A stretch of 51,298 nucleotides of DNA, filler included, from Dirinaria sp. TL-2023a (taxonomy: Eukaryota): assembly GCA_051941275.1 (NCBI GenBank). It is 3 parts of 3 records of this genome, joined end to end, with 100 filler letters (N's around TTAATTAATTAA, not from the genome) between each part and the next. Parts side by side here need not be neighbours in the genome. Positions count along the whole stretch, not along the records: positions 17,151 to 34,192 come from JAVEBF010000457.1; positions 34,293 to 51,298 come from JAVEBF010000458.1; 1 more part is not named here. One strand, written 5' to 3'. The notes below the pieces were generated by a model. It searched no databases. It saw only the letters and a program-made list of their open reading frames with translations, and was not told the origin of the DNA. The position numbers and the translations under genes are program-made. This document shows, one piece after another, positions 24,218-36,214 of the stretch (positions within the stretch are counted from its first letter, which is position 1; each line of letters begins with the position of its first letter).

Positions 24218-25379
24218 CTAGTACGTCACCTGTGAGCTGCTGCGCCTCTTAAACTCAAGGATGTTGATTGTCTCGGAACTGTCCCCTGTGGCTACCCTGC
24301 CTCGATTCGGGAGCCGGAAATCTGTGTGATAGATCTGGACAAATCTAGCTTCAGCCATCAATTCGAAGAAGATCGCTTCGCTTGGATGACGACATTTCAG
24401 GGAGACGACAACTGCGACGTTCAGCGAGATGGACGCGATTGCCGATATCGTGTCCACTAAAGCTGGTATACTGTCGGCGTTGTATGTACAATCGGAAACC
24501 AAGACGAGGTCAAAAGTAGTCCGTTGGATATCAGCAGGAATAGGCTTTTCCCAGTCAAGAACGGAATGAGCCAATGTAGCAGTCTTCGCGGGCTTGCTTC
24601 GATGGATGTTCAGCCCAAGTATGTCCATGGCTTCGGGTAAGTCCGTCAGAAGGACATTGCAATTTGGGAATGACTGTGCGAGAGCAATGCCTACAATACC
24701 GCAGCCACTACCGAGCTCGAGTACGTTCCTTGGAGAGGAAGCAGCTTGGTCCTGCAGAAGCCTGGTCACGCAAGATCCGTCTAACTCATGCGATGATAGC
24801 TGTGTAGTGCTGAAAAGTGAGACCACAAGAGCAATACCAGCATCCCTGAGTAGTTCAGCAAAGCATTCCAATTGATCCGATCGCCTACCAGATATGCCGT
24901 GCAATACTCTCTCCAGTGTCCTCCAGGATTGACAGAACATTGCCTGACCGCAACATGAAACGTCTTTCGATTCGATTTAGATGATCCGTGTCTGCTGCCT
25001 GTTGACTGACATAGCTCCAAGCACTAAAGACTTCGGGTATGGCATCAGCGGAAAGGACATCAACTCGTAAACTTGTCTCTCGACGCGCGGCCCTGACCGC
25101 AAATCTCCAGGGCTCTTCTACTATTTGAAGGCATGGAGCATCTACTTCAATCCATAGCACACGCGATCCACCCTTCCAGAATGCGCTATGGTGAGAAATG
25201 GAATCTTGTTCTTCAGTGCTCACGGAAATTTCAGCGTCCAACAACAGATCTTGCGCGAAGAAATCATCACCTAAGTCTGTAGTGATGGTGATCAGAGCTT
25301 TGACCACATGCACTTTGCGCAGTCCTTTGTTCGCGCTGCAAATGAACGGCGCTTTCAGAAATCGGATATAATGTACCAT
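24218..25379 (-). CDS. Seven-beta-strand protein-lysine methyltransferase, METTL21/Efm6-Rkm5-like (intron 24846-24888)
   Basis: MVHYIRFLKAP start, EDTGESIARHIW|DAG, motif I VLELGSGCGIVG, LTDLPEA, LDW and VLVSDCTYN. Confidence 0.88.
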
Positions 25380-25844
25380 GGCCACGGAATCCAAAATCGA
25401 GGAAACCTGGACAGCAAAAGGAATGAAGTACTCGTACCTTAGATAAAACTTACATATAAGTAAAAATCATTGTGTGATATTTTCCTAGGCGAGGGTCTCT
25501 TCCAATTGCGCTAGTCTCCTTCCGAGAAAACCCGCAACAACGGAACGACAAAATGAACCCCCCCTATTTCCCTTCTGAAGCACGAATTATCTGTCGAACT
25601 GCGCTGGTACTTGCGACGAGCTTCCTTGTTTCCCCCAAATCCCCAAATCTTCCTCCTCGTTTAGAAGAGGTGCACTTTGCAAAGATCGGCTTGAGCGGAG
25701 AATGTACAAGTAATGTATTGAGTGATGCTAAACTAGCTGGTTCACTGTCCCTCACGTCCTGATGCCCGAATAACAATGCCCGAGTATCCTTTATCTGTGC
25801 TTTCTGCGTCTAGCCAGCGATGAGCACTGTCAATTAGGACGTTA

Positions 25845-27952
25845 TCAGAAAGCGCTATGCAGTGGTGGAAATAACACGCCTTCTTGCCCCTGGCCTGTTG
25901 GAACCGTTGGTGTCCCGTATGTCGAATCGGAGCCGAACTTGGTGTTCTCGAGGTTTCGTTTCATTGGATCGACTCCTAGCTGATCTAGCAGATCTTTCAT
26001 TTTCGAAGGCATGTACGGTTGCAGTAATATGCCACAAATTCGGACCGATTCAGAACACAAAAAGATTATCTTATCAGCTTGCTCTTCATCCGCCTTCCAT
26101 GGCGCAGCCTTTTGCATATACTCGTTTGTCTGTAGGAGTTGTTAGAGCCATGCGGTCCGTTGATACTGTGCTCATGGAAAAGCTCAGGAGACGGGGGCTT
26201 CTGACCTTGAATATGCCGTTCATGATCTCTCGCAGCGCTGCGCCTGAATCCAGGTTGGCCATCATTTGAGCTACCTTATCAGGCATTTCGCAAAACCGGT
26301 TTTGGCGTGCCATTGCAGTTCGGTCGTCCACATCAACCTCGCCACGCTCGACAGCACGGCGGACGCTCCAGCCTCTTCCTCGCACAATTCGACTAACCAG
26401 ATTCCCAAGTCCGCCTTGCAGCCCTTTGGTATAGCGCTCGATGATATATGAATTCTCGTAGCTAGCGTCATCTTTCAAGCCTCCGTCGTAGGCAAGATAA
26501 TAACGCATGGTATCTACACCAAAGCGTTCGAGAGCGAAGAAAGGGTTTACCACAATTCCCCTAGATTTTGACATCTTATTATGACCAAGTGTCCAGTGGG
26601 CGTGGGTCAATATTTGACGCGGGAGAGGAAGATCAAGCGCCATTAGAAACGCTGGCCAGTAGATGCAGTGGAATCTCGAAGGCGTCAGGCCAGGATGGGA
26701 AATAATGGGATCTCGAGAGTAACGCACCTAACGATGTCTTTGCCAATCACGTGGCAGTCGGCCGGCCAGCCGCCAGCGTTTTCTTCGCCGGGTATCTGAA
26801 AAGGATAATTGGCTTTCGTAAGGTAGTTGATCAGTGCATCAAGCCAGACGTATATGGTTTGGGAAGTATCGTCAGGTACCGGGATGCCCCAGCTTAGTCT
26901 CTCCATCGGGCGAGACACAGATAGGTCTTGAAGTCCCGACTCGACGTGTTGTACGACATCCTTCATGCGCGTTGAGGGTACGACAAAGTCAGGATTGCGC
27001 TTGTAAAATTCCAGTAGCCTGTCTTTGAACGTTGATAGGCGGAAGTGGTAAGTCTTTTCCGATGTCCACTCAACCTCGGTTCCAGTTTCAGACGAGGCCT
27101 GCCACATGTCAGTCATAAAGGTCGACAAAATTCCATCCGCAGCTTATCTGTACCATAAATTTCCTTCCAGTGGAAGGATCAAGAGCAAGCTCAACAGCTG
27201 AAGGAGGATAAAAAGTTTCATCATTGACAGAGTACCAGCCTTCATACTTTGATGCGTAGATATGGCCCCGCTCTCGCAGCAATAGCTTCATAATGTTAGA
27301 CTTAGGAATCGAGGATAGCGGGGCAATACGTACTAACCCAGAAGTGCTGGACAGCAAGTCGATGATCTGGCTCCGATGTCCGTATGAAGTGGTCGCGGTC
27401 TATATTAGCCTTCTGCGCCAGTGTCTGCGACACTCTTAGCTTTTGTTGAAATGCTGTTCAACTAGTCTCCTACATCAAAGGGCTCGTGCATCTTGTCGCA
27501 GAAAGAGCGCACATCTTGTCCAGCTTTCGTTGCCGCTCGCTGGATCTAGCAATTTTGAAGCGGTATAAGTGACGATTCGGATTTCGGAATGAACCCGAGC
27601 TTACTTTCATGCCATGCTCGTCGGTCCCTGTACATAGCACAGCGTTCTGTCCACAGAGTTTGTGCCATCGCTTCAATATGTCCGCGAGGATTAGTGTATA
27701 GAGATGACCGATATGTGGCGCTGTTTAATTTTCAGCAGTTGTATATAGCTAGGTTCTAATCGAGAGCTTGTCACCTGCGTTAACATAGAAAATAGGACTT
27801 GTAACGTAGTACGGCTTGATGCAATTTGTAGGCTGCACTTTCGTGTGTTGCTGCCGCCGAGACACGAGCCGCAGCTTGCAACTTTGACAGGCCCATCCTT
27901 TTCCGCGGATTGCTGCAGTAGAGAAAGGCCTGAAAGCTGTTGACGATTTCAT
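25845..27952 (-). CDS. MSM1: Mitochondrial methionyl-tRNA synthetase (multi-intron)
   Basis: Presequence, YYVTSPIFYVNA|APHIGHLY (HIGH), GTDEHG, YEGWYSVNDE, LSVSRP..WGIPVP, YVWLDALINY, IGKDIVR|FHCIYWPAFL and KMSKS. Confidence 0.95.
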
Positions 27953-28178
27953 TGCAGCTTATGTACACTTCTCACCGAAGAACGCGCTTCTACAGCTCCT
28001 TCCGCCAAGGACTCGGCCCTACATTCTGCCGAATAGACCCTGCCTCCCTGCATTGACTTCCATTACCGTCCGAGCCATCGTCATATCAAAGGTGTGGATG
28101 AATTTAGAGAGGTTGAAGAACTCCAGAGTCCAGAGTGCTCTAGATTCTCGTTCTCTGGGCCAATCCCCCACCAACAAA

Positions 28179-28744
28179 ATGTCGGCTTCGTCCGAGGACA
28201 CGAACGAAGCTACCTCGACAGAGAGTATGTATAATTCGCCATCACCCATCCACGCAGGAGCTGACGCTGGCTATACTAAGCTGCTGAAAGATTTATCGAT
28301 ACCTACTATGAGGCACTAGAGTCTCACAGAGATGCTATTGCCTCCTTCTATATGAAAGCGACCACGCTGCCTGATGGTAAAACTTTTCCTTCAATAGTGT
28401 ACAACGGAAACATCAAAGCGGACGGGGCAGGAATGCAAAAGTTTTTCCAGGAGGAGATGCCTGAAATGCAATTTGACATTCAAGCATTCGACTCTCAATG
28501 TCTCAATCCCAACTATATCCCGCAGGGTACGACAGGCGGCCAGGCAGCGTATGAGAAGAATATGACGATATTAATTACAGTCAGTGGAAGTGTGAAGCTT
28601 GGAAAGTCGCGAACAGCAGCAACAAAAGAATTCAGTGAGAGCTTTGTGCTCGTGCCGAATCGTGATGAAACCGGTCCACGAACACGAGGAAAGCAAGTGA
28701 AAGAATGGGTCATTCAAGCTCAAACATTCAGGGTCGTCGTCTAA
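28179..28744 (+). CDS. NXT1: NTF2-related export factor Nxt1/p15 (intron ~28225-28280)
   Basis: Spliced AERFIDTYYEALE...IASFY, IVYNGN, FDIQAFDSQCLN, ILITVSGSV, FSESFVLVP and WVIQAQTFRVV: an NTF2-like pattern. Confidence 0.8.
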
Positions 28745-29736
28745 GCAAATGGAAAGCGGTTTTACCTTTGATGTGCCAACAGTTGGCGATAGCGAGATTC
28801 TCGATTATTCAACAGCGCAAGAATAAATGGCACCCTTCTGAAAGCAACTTTGAAGCCCACATTTACACCAAAAAGGCGAAATGCCAATGTTGGATCGCAT
28901 CTGATTGTGATGGCCAATGTAATCTCGCCAGAAGCCGAAGGTGTACAGACTCGCCTGAAAGATCAAAGAGAAGTCACTGACAGCTACTCTAAGCCAATTG
29001 GCAGTATCAATAAAACCCCCTATGGAGACTGCTGTCTGCTCGAGGAAACAATCTGATCGAAAGGTATTGAAGTCAAGATCAAGCTGTGAAGTCGTTGGTT
29101 TGTTCACTTGCAGAGCTGGGACTGAGCAACATCTCATTGTCACGAAATGATGAATTAAAACCAATCCTTATCGGTTACCTAAGGTAGCGTCTTTCACACG
29201 ATAAGACCTTCTAAGCGAGATCACATGATGAGCTTCCGAGATGAATATACAATGTAGGTTTGTTTTCCTGCTTTCTCCTTTTGTCACTTTACTTGGTGCA
29301 AAAATCGAACTGCCTCGACAGACCATCATCTGACCATTCCGAGCATCTTTCTCTATGTCTGGAATAAGCCAGCGGTTGTGTTAAGATCTTGTAAGAGGTT
29401 GCATCTGACCGCTGGATTCTTGTTAAGGCACAAATCCACTACGCGATTTCTCTAATACCACACTCTTTTCACTCCTTCGATAGCGTGCAAGTGCACCTAG
29501 TCTCCATTCCAGCATTCTAATCAAGGTAGCTACAGAGTTGCCATCACCCTACGCTGCCATTTAAGTCCCGCCGTAAGTACTGCTCCGTATTTGCAAAAGG
29601 TTTACCTCGTCCTCCAACACCTTTACATTGGTCTACCGAGCTGCAAGTTCTGCTACGACAATCGCTTTAGTATCTATACAAGTGTGCTAGACTAACACGC
29701 AGTAACGGATTGTAGGTAGCGGATTACTGCGTCAAC

Positions 29737-31575
29737 ATGCGATATACAGACGAGGCTAAAAAAGACATCGTTGCCGTCACTGTTCGTACCGATGGAGTCG
29801 ACTGTCCAGAGCTCCTTCCGTCTAGCGAAGGGAATAGTTCACAGTGCTGGATTGCTGTCAAAGCTAGCCAAACGCTCTCGGTCCTCGTCGACCTTAAGCT
29901 GAATACTAGCCATTACCAGGTTGACTTGGTTATCGATGGGGTCCTGCGTAATATCTGGCTTGCTACCTCAACTCCAAGGAACGACTCCCGAAAAGCCTTG
30001 TTCGAGTTCTATGAGGGAGTCCACAAGTACGATCGCTCCATATTCAGGAGTAGCATGTATACGTCTAGACTCGAGCAAGGTTTGTAGTCGACCCCAGCAA
30101 AGCGTAATATTACATGTGCTTACTTCTGCTTCATCAGGCAAAGGAATAGTCTTTAACGATACTGATCATACTAGTGTGGGCACGATCGAGATACTTGTCT
30201 ACAAGTACGACGATGGATATGGCCATATCCGCGCCGCAAAACACCCTGAGGACGTTGTTGACTGGGAGGACCTCGACTTTCAACCCGGAACTTCAGGCAT
30301 TCAGCCCACTCATGAGGTAGTGTGAGTAGCCATTCACCTTTGTAAGCCTTTCAGCGTCCCAGCTGATGGAGTCCCTTACAGACTTACCGCTGGCGCTCGG
30401 CTTACAGATACTGAGCGCCGTACTTGGAAGACCAAGACCGGTAAGGTACCGATGGGCCACGCGCCTTTAGTTTCTTTCAAAATCTTGTACCGTCATGAGC
30501 GTAAGTCTAGTCAGCATGTATCATGGACTAAATCCTTATGTTGATACAGAGGCCCTTCGACGCTCAGGCATAGTGGATTCGAATCTTGATGTTCTCCCTA
30601 CTGCAGGACCAGCATCAGTAATTACTTCTGGTGCCGCTTTGCCGGAGGAGGTTGATGGTGGAAATCCAGCAGATAGGATTCCAAAAGCACCAGCTAGCAA
30701 TGTGGGTGGTTCGCAGGACGAAACACCGGCGAAGCATTTGAATCTCCGAACAGGAAACCCGTACGCAATCAGCGAACGTAACGGTATTCGGGTGTACCAG
30801 CTCATCACTGTCAATCCTGACCATCCCGGCCCACAGACCAACAACAAAGCCCGCTACTATATCAAGACAGGATCGACGAAGAAGAGAGCGAGACAAGGCA
30901 CAATCCGTCATTCAAGCATCATTGATCTGGACTCAGACTGTGATTCTCAGGCGAGTCATCAAGGCTCTGAAGAGGCTGAGCAGGCACCCGAGAGGGCAAG
31001 CCCAATGCTACCAATTAAGAAGCGCCGAACAGACGTTGAGGCCTTAAGAGCCATGGTCGTGAAGATGCAAGCGGAGCTTGAGGAAGCCGAGCATCTTGAA
31101 GCACTAGAAAAGAGTAAGACCCAACAGATGGAGGTAAGTAACCTTATACACGAACATATGACAAGCCTGATAGGGTACAGAGAGATCTCGAGAAGGAATT
31201 GAATGATCTCGCAACGCAGCAGACAGCTCTTGTGCGACAATTGAAGCATGCTAAGGCGCAGGCTCAAAGCTATAAGGTATGCTCCACTCTTTACGAATCC
31301 TTCAATGAGGAGCTAAAGAATGGTAGAAGCGTCAGGCTGAGCTGAGAAAGATCTTTGATGAGATTGCATCTCTAAGAGAAACTATGGCTAGAATTTTCAA
31401 AGGCATTCCCATCAGTGGAAGCTCTAATGCGGACGAGTTGATTGCTACTAAATATCAAGAAAGTGCAGACGACGGTCTGGCAGAGTACTACCATGGCCCA
31501 GGGACAAAGCACAGCCATTCAGTGGACAGAGACACCACTGAGCCGGGCGCCAAGGGTCGCTCACCCCATCGCTGA
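29737..31575 (+). CDS. Six-exon hypothetical protein: fungal beta-rich DUF (DUF7918-like, tentative) plus C-terminal coiled coil
   Basis: Canonical introns near 30080-30138, 30321-30381, 30501-30549, 31133-31180 and 31277-31327 give a continuous frame. It contains VTVRTDG, VDLVIDG, VGTIEILVYK and PLVSFKILYRHE|QALRRSGIV. Confidence 0.6.
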
Positions 31576-32087
31576 TCGGGCTATATTTTCAATTGCGTAC
31601 TAGCCTTGCATGTTCAGCGGAAAAGTGTTCATTTCAGCTTGAGATTGTTGCGCCCTTCAATCTCTTGCCAGATGCATGTTGATGAATGACTTTAGAGCGT
31701 TGTGGATAACACCTGAGATTCTTTTCTCTCTGCGATGATCATCTGCTGCGTTCGATTATCTTCTCTTCGATTACGTGTATTACTAGTACAAAATGTATTT
31801 GCTGGAAGCTTTTTTCACTATTCTTCACGAGACACCAAGCACATCTTCAGCTGCAGAGGCTCTACACACTCGGTGATCCATAAGTTCGAAAAATTAAGCA
31901 CTGGTAATCAGCCCTGTTAGATTTGCACGATTTCATTGACCACGCTTTATGTTCATTTCTCCAGACTGCCTTGACAGCAACTCGTGAATTGCATGCCTCA
32001 AAGAACGTCTTCTGTTCCTTTTTGCCCAAGAGGATAGGACTTGCCTTCTATACCATGAGAAAAAGAAAGCCTTTGATGCATCGTCGC

Positions 32088-32718
32088 TCATGTCCGTGGT
32101 GGTTTCATATTGGCCTGCACCCTTTCCAGCAGCTCTTCCCGGGTAGCTTTGCCATTCGGCAGAAGACCCCTCTATCCCATAGAGCAGCACCATCAGCATG
32201 AAATCTTAGCACAGCGACAAAAAAATTTTATATCATCATCAAAGTACCACACAATGAAACAAAAGGGGGGGGGGACCCTAACCGCTTCCAGCCACCTTCT
32301 CAACTCCGATTCTTCCCATTTCGACGGATCTAGGAATTTGCGTGAGTTTGAGGAGCAACAGAGAGAAGTCGTATATGAAAGGGAAGGGCTGGCGCAGCAT
32401 TTACCTCCAGTAGGGTCCTTCTCAGCGGGGAATATATCGCCACCCCAGATGCTCCATGCTGCTGCTGCTGTGACGATGCCTGCGAACCCTAAAGTAGGTG
32501 AATGAGTTTTATGCATGGTGCAATTTTGAGGATTTTTAAGAAATTGAATCTTTTTGGGTGGATGTACCGAGGAAGGCATTCTAGATAGGGATCTGGATCA
32601 GTGGCGTGTTCTTTTTTTTTTTTTTTTCTCTTTTTTTCTTTTTTTTCTTCTTTTTTTTTGAAGAGATTCTAGACTTGCTTACTCTCGATTGCATTGCTCT
32701 ATCTAGTGGAGTGGGCAT
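32088..32718 (-). CDS. 87-aa single-TM microprotein with C-terminal helix-extension-helix (Ish1/SAP-like) motif; 5 exons
   Basis: Exons 32718-32683, 32580-32568, 32488-32405, 32329-32283 and 32171-32088 give MPTPLDRAMQSRNAFLGFAGIVTAAAAWSIWGGDIFPAEKDPTGDPSKWEESELRRWLEARGLLPNGKATREELLERVQANMKPPRT*. All introns are GT-AG and the frame is preserved. Confidence 0.85.
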
Positions 32719-33132
32719 CTTGGCGGGCTGGCAAAAGGTTGATCCTTTTGTTGTTCTTTGGAGTTGGAGGGACTTGATTTTGGTAGATTTTTCAGCGTCA
32801 AGTTTAGTTGCTATGTGTTCTGATAGTTCAAAAGAATGATACTTCGCGGCAGCATTCTTCCCGGATTCTCCTTACCTGAGGAATAAATGCATATCGAGAC
32901 AGGCAGCCACATTCCATTAAGCGCGCGGGGGCACTGCGCCACAACGAAACCAGCAGCCGCCGCTAGCGCGATTCGCTTCCGGGATCCACAAGGCTAAACC
33001 CGGAAATTCGAACGAAATTCAGAACGCCCCGGAGCACATTATTGAGCTCTCCAACATTACATACTCACGCCCACTTCTCCGAACCCCCTCCGAATAGCGA
33101 AGCTGGTGCTATAGGCACCAAAATCGCCCATC

Positions 33133-33738
33133 ATGCCTAAGGCAGTCAACGACATCAAGCAATTCATCGAGATCTGCCGGCGGAAGGATGCGTCCTGTAA
33201 GTATAATAAGCCCTCATCCATCCTTCAATTTACACCCTATAATCTCCCCCCGGCGTCTCTCAAAAAGGCAACACAAAAAGAACGAAAAAGGCTTGACTGA
33301 CTGACATTACTTCATGAAGCCGCCCGCATAAAACGCAACCGCAAGTCGCAAAAAGTCAAGTTCAAGGTCCGATGCCACCGCTACCTGTACACGCTGGTAT
33401 TGAACGACACGGACAAGGCGGACAAATTGAAGCAGAGCTTGCCTCCTAGTACGTGTCAGCCTTTTTCCTCATACATACAGCCCATATACCAAACTTTGGA
33501 AACTACCTTATGTTTCTCGTACAAAAGGGGAGGGGTCAGTGGGATGGGAGGAGGAAGCGTGTGGTGCCAGAGATTGAATAGCGCCTCTCTTAGGAATTCG
33601 GAGGCATTTTGAAGAGCCACAACTGGGAAAGATGGTGTTGCTTGGATTAAAGTTGCTGACGAGGGGATTTTGAATATACTAGGCCTAACGATCAACGATG
33701 TACCGAAAAAGAACAAGAAGGGGAAGAGGGTCGCTTGA
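33133..33738 (+). CDS. RPL38: 60S ribosomal protein eL38 (introns 33197-33319, 33449-33682)
   Basis: [82 protein letters not shown]. Confidence 0.96.
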
Positions 33739-34192
33739 TTGAGTGCGGTAAGGGTAGGAGGCGGAGAGGCAAGCAGAGAGAGGCCGGAGCTGGGGGAACA
33801 TCTGCGAACCTGGGACTGTTCCTTGTGGAGGTAGAGCGCATGTCCATGAGCTTTTTTTTTACTCCTTTTGTTAGAAAAGCAATCGAGCAGTTGTTGCATC
33901 TATTCTTCAGAATTGAGATTCTCCCCCCCCCGATCCTGAATATGAGCTCTTGCGGCATTTTCAAGCGAAGCCTGGATTTGCGAAACGTGATGATTATGTG
34001 CATAATGAGGCCTTTATATGGAGTTCTATGGAACTAGGATCCGATCACAGTAATGGGGGCCAACAAGCTCGAGAGCCCCGTTTAAGAATCATCATCTTCT
34101 CTAATATCTATTGTTAGTATCCCTCCCTCGTATTCTAGAGGGTTGGAAAGCCGATTCTAGGGATGAGAGTTGTAAGCTCATAGGATATCCTG

Positions 34193-34292
34193 NNNNNNNN
34201 NNNNNNNNNNNNNNNNNNNNNNNNNNNNNNNNNNNNTTAATTAATTAANNNNNNNNNNNNNNNNNNNNNNNNNNNNNNNNNNNNNNNNNNNN
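34193..34292. other. Assembly gap: 44 N + TTAATTAATTAA linker + 44 N
   Basis: Seen directly. It abuts a poly-A run of about 33 nt inside a TVP23 intron. Confidence 0.97.
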
Positions 34293-34327
<35 letters not shown>

Positions 34328-34338
34328 AAGAAACTCAC

Positions 34339-34987
34339 CAATCAAAATCAACCAGATCGGATTCCGGAAGCGGATGATCGCCAGCACGCCCAGCACGATC
34401 CACAGCCCGGGCTGGCAATACAGCGCCAGCCAGAAAAACCGCTTGTCGGTCATATTCTGGCTCGGTCGGGTTTGTCCGTGCTCGTCCGTGCCTTCGCCTG
34501 ACCGGTCCTGCGATTCGAACACCCAGTGAGAGTCGCCCGACGCCGTGTCCACTTCGTTCCACCATCTCAGCCCCACGAGCCGCCGCCCGGCGATGTTTTT
34601 CAGGTAGTAGAAATCGGTCGCGAGCAGGAGCATGGTGATTATGAAGATGAAGACGCTGGGAGCGGATGGTTAGCTGCCGGTTTTTAAGGTTGGGGGGGGG
34701 GGGGAGGCCATACAAGTTCTTGGAGAAACCGGGGATGTAGATGCCGAAGAGATAGATTAGGAGGGATGCTGCGTTTTGATGGTCAGCAAGCAATGTTCCT
34801 CATCTTTTTCATCTGTCGAGTCTTTAAAGGGATATTTTTTATTTTTTATTTTTTTTTTTCCTTCAATGCAGCACATGTGAGATCTTATCCTACCAATTCG
34901 AAATCCTAGGAAGCAGAGCAGCGTGATTGGGTGTGAGGAGAGACGCCAACTCAGATCGCCTGGGCGGGGCTGTCGCTGCTGCTCCAT
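34339..34987 (-). CDS. TVP23: Golgi membrane protein Tvp23; final exon lost in the assembly gap
   Basis: [49 protein letters not shown] and [17 protein letters not shown] donor near 34338 runs into poly-T and the gap. Confidence 0.92.
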
Positions 34988-36214
34988 GATTGGGGAGCGG
35001 TGTTTTTGGAGAGTAGAAGCTTTTCAGAGGAAAAGTTGTCTAGTATTTCGGTGTTTGCGAAGCTGAGACGTAGCTTCCAGCGTGGACTCGGCGCAAGCGT
35101 TCTCTAAGGGTCCAAGGCGCTTAGCATTTGGCGCGCGCGTGTGGCGCTAATGAAGGAGCGATTATCGTTCTTGTTGTCTTGCGGGATTTCAATTTGTCTC
35201 AATTGTCGAATACAACTATGTCTGCAGAAATAATAAATTTGTCGGCACAAAGAATCTCAGCTTTCTCTTGCCTCTCGGTCAACTGGGGTTCTATGGAGCT
35301 GAGAAAGTATCAACGAGGGTGCTAATGTTCTACAGATAGCTATTCTTAGTCTTCTTACCACGATGAATCGACCCTGAAACGCCGGTCTTATGCCACAATG
35401 GAGATTCCGCATAACTCAAGAGAGAAGAATAATATGGCATTTTTCCACGCGCACACTTCATCAACCAAATCAAATATTGCGACTATAAGCGGGTAATAAC
35501 AAGAACCCCATAATCTAAATGCAGAACCAGGCAAAAAGCTGGACACGGCCTTCAAACTTCCCGCCAGAAATAACTGCTTCCTCTAACTTCTGGGTAAGTG
35601 AAACCCAATCCAATCCCCCTCCCTTTCCCATTGATTTCCCCCCAACCAATGATGAAACCCTTAAACCTCCATCAAAATCTCTATAGGAAGAGCCGGAAGA
35701 GGCTTGCATGCATTGCGCGCGCGTGCGGGAGCATCGACATATGTTCTACCGTCTGCCCGTCGTTCATGGGTGGCCGATGCTTAGAATTGGGTCTCTGACA
35801 CTTCTCCTTCTTTAAAATTATTTGTGCGATTTTTGCAAGGGGAGGGATGTTTTGGTATGAGGAAGGCATGGTTTGCTAATGCTGCTGTGGTGCATTTTAG
35901 GGAAGTTATAGCAGTGGAAGCTGTTTAGGTAAGCTGGGCGATTGGAGGGAAGAGGTGGGTGGATGGGTTTTAGTGGGTGGAAGGGCAAAGGGGGAGTTAG
36001 CGGGAATGATGGGTGAGAGTGATAATTTTATGTTCGGAGGAGATGATATCATGGCCTTGAGGCGTCAGAGACAGTGCTCGCTGGTTTTCACGAGTTATTT
36101 TCGCGTTCACCATGTAGAGTGCTATCCTTTCCATGGGTATCATTTCCTACACGGACACAACGATTTTCTGATCTGGAGTACGTAATCTCTCGTAACATCC
36201 GGTCATCTCTGTAT

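Noticed and set aside
10477..25379. Possible secondary-metabolite cluster (Zn2Cys6 TF + FAD oxidase + ODC + methyltransferase)
   Set aside because: There is no PKS, NRPS or terpene backbone gene and no transporter. The methyltransferase is a protein-lysine type, the ODC looks like the housekeeping enzyme, and an assembly gap lies within the span.
33449..33682. Long RPL38 intron as a snoRNA host
   Set aside because: No convincing C (RTGATGA)/D box pair or H/ACA architecture was seen by eye. A covariance-model search would be needed to exclude it.
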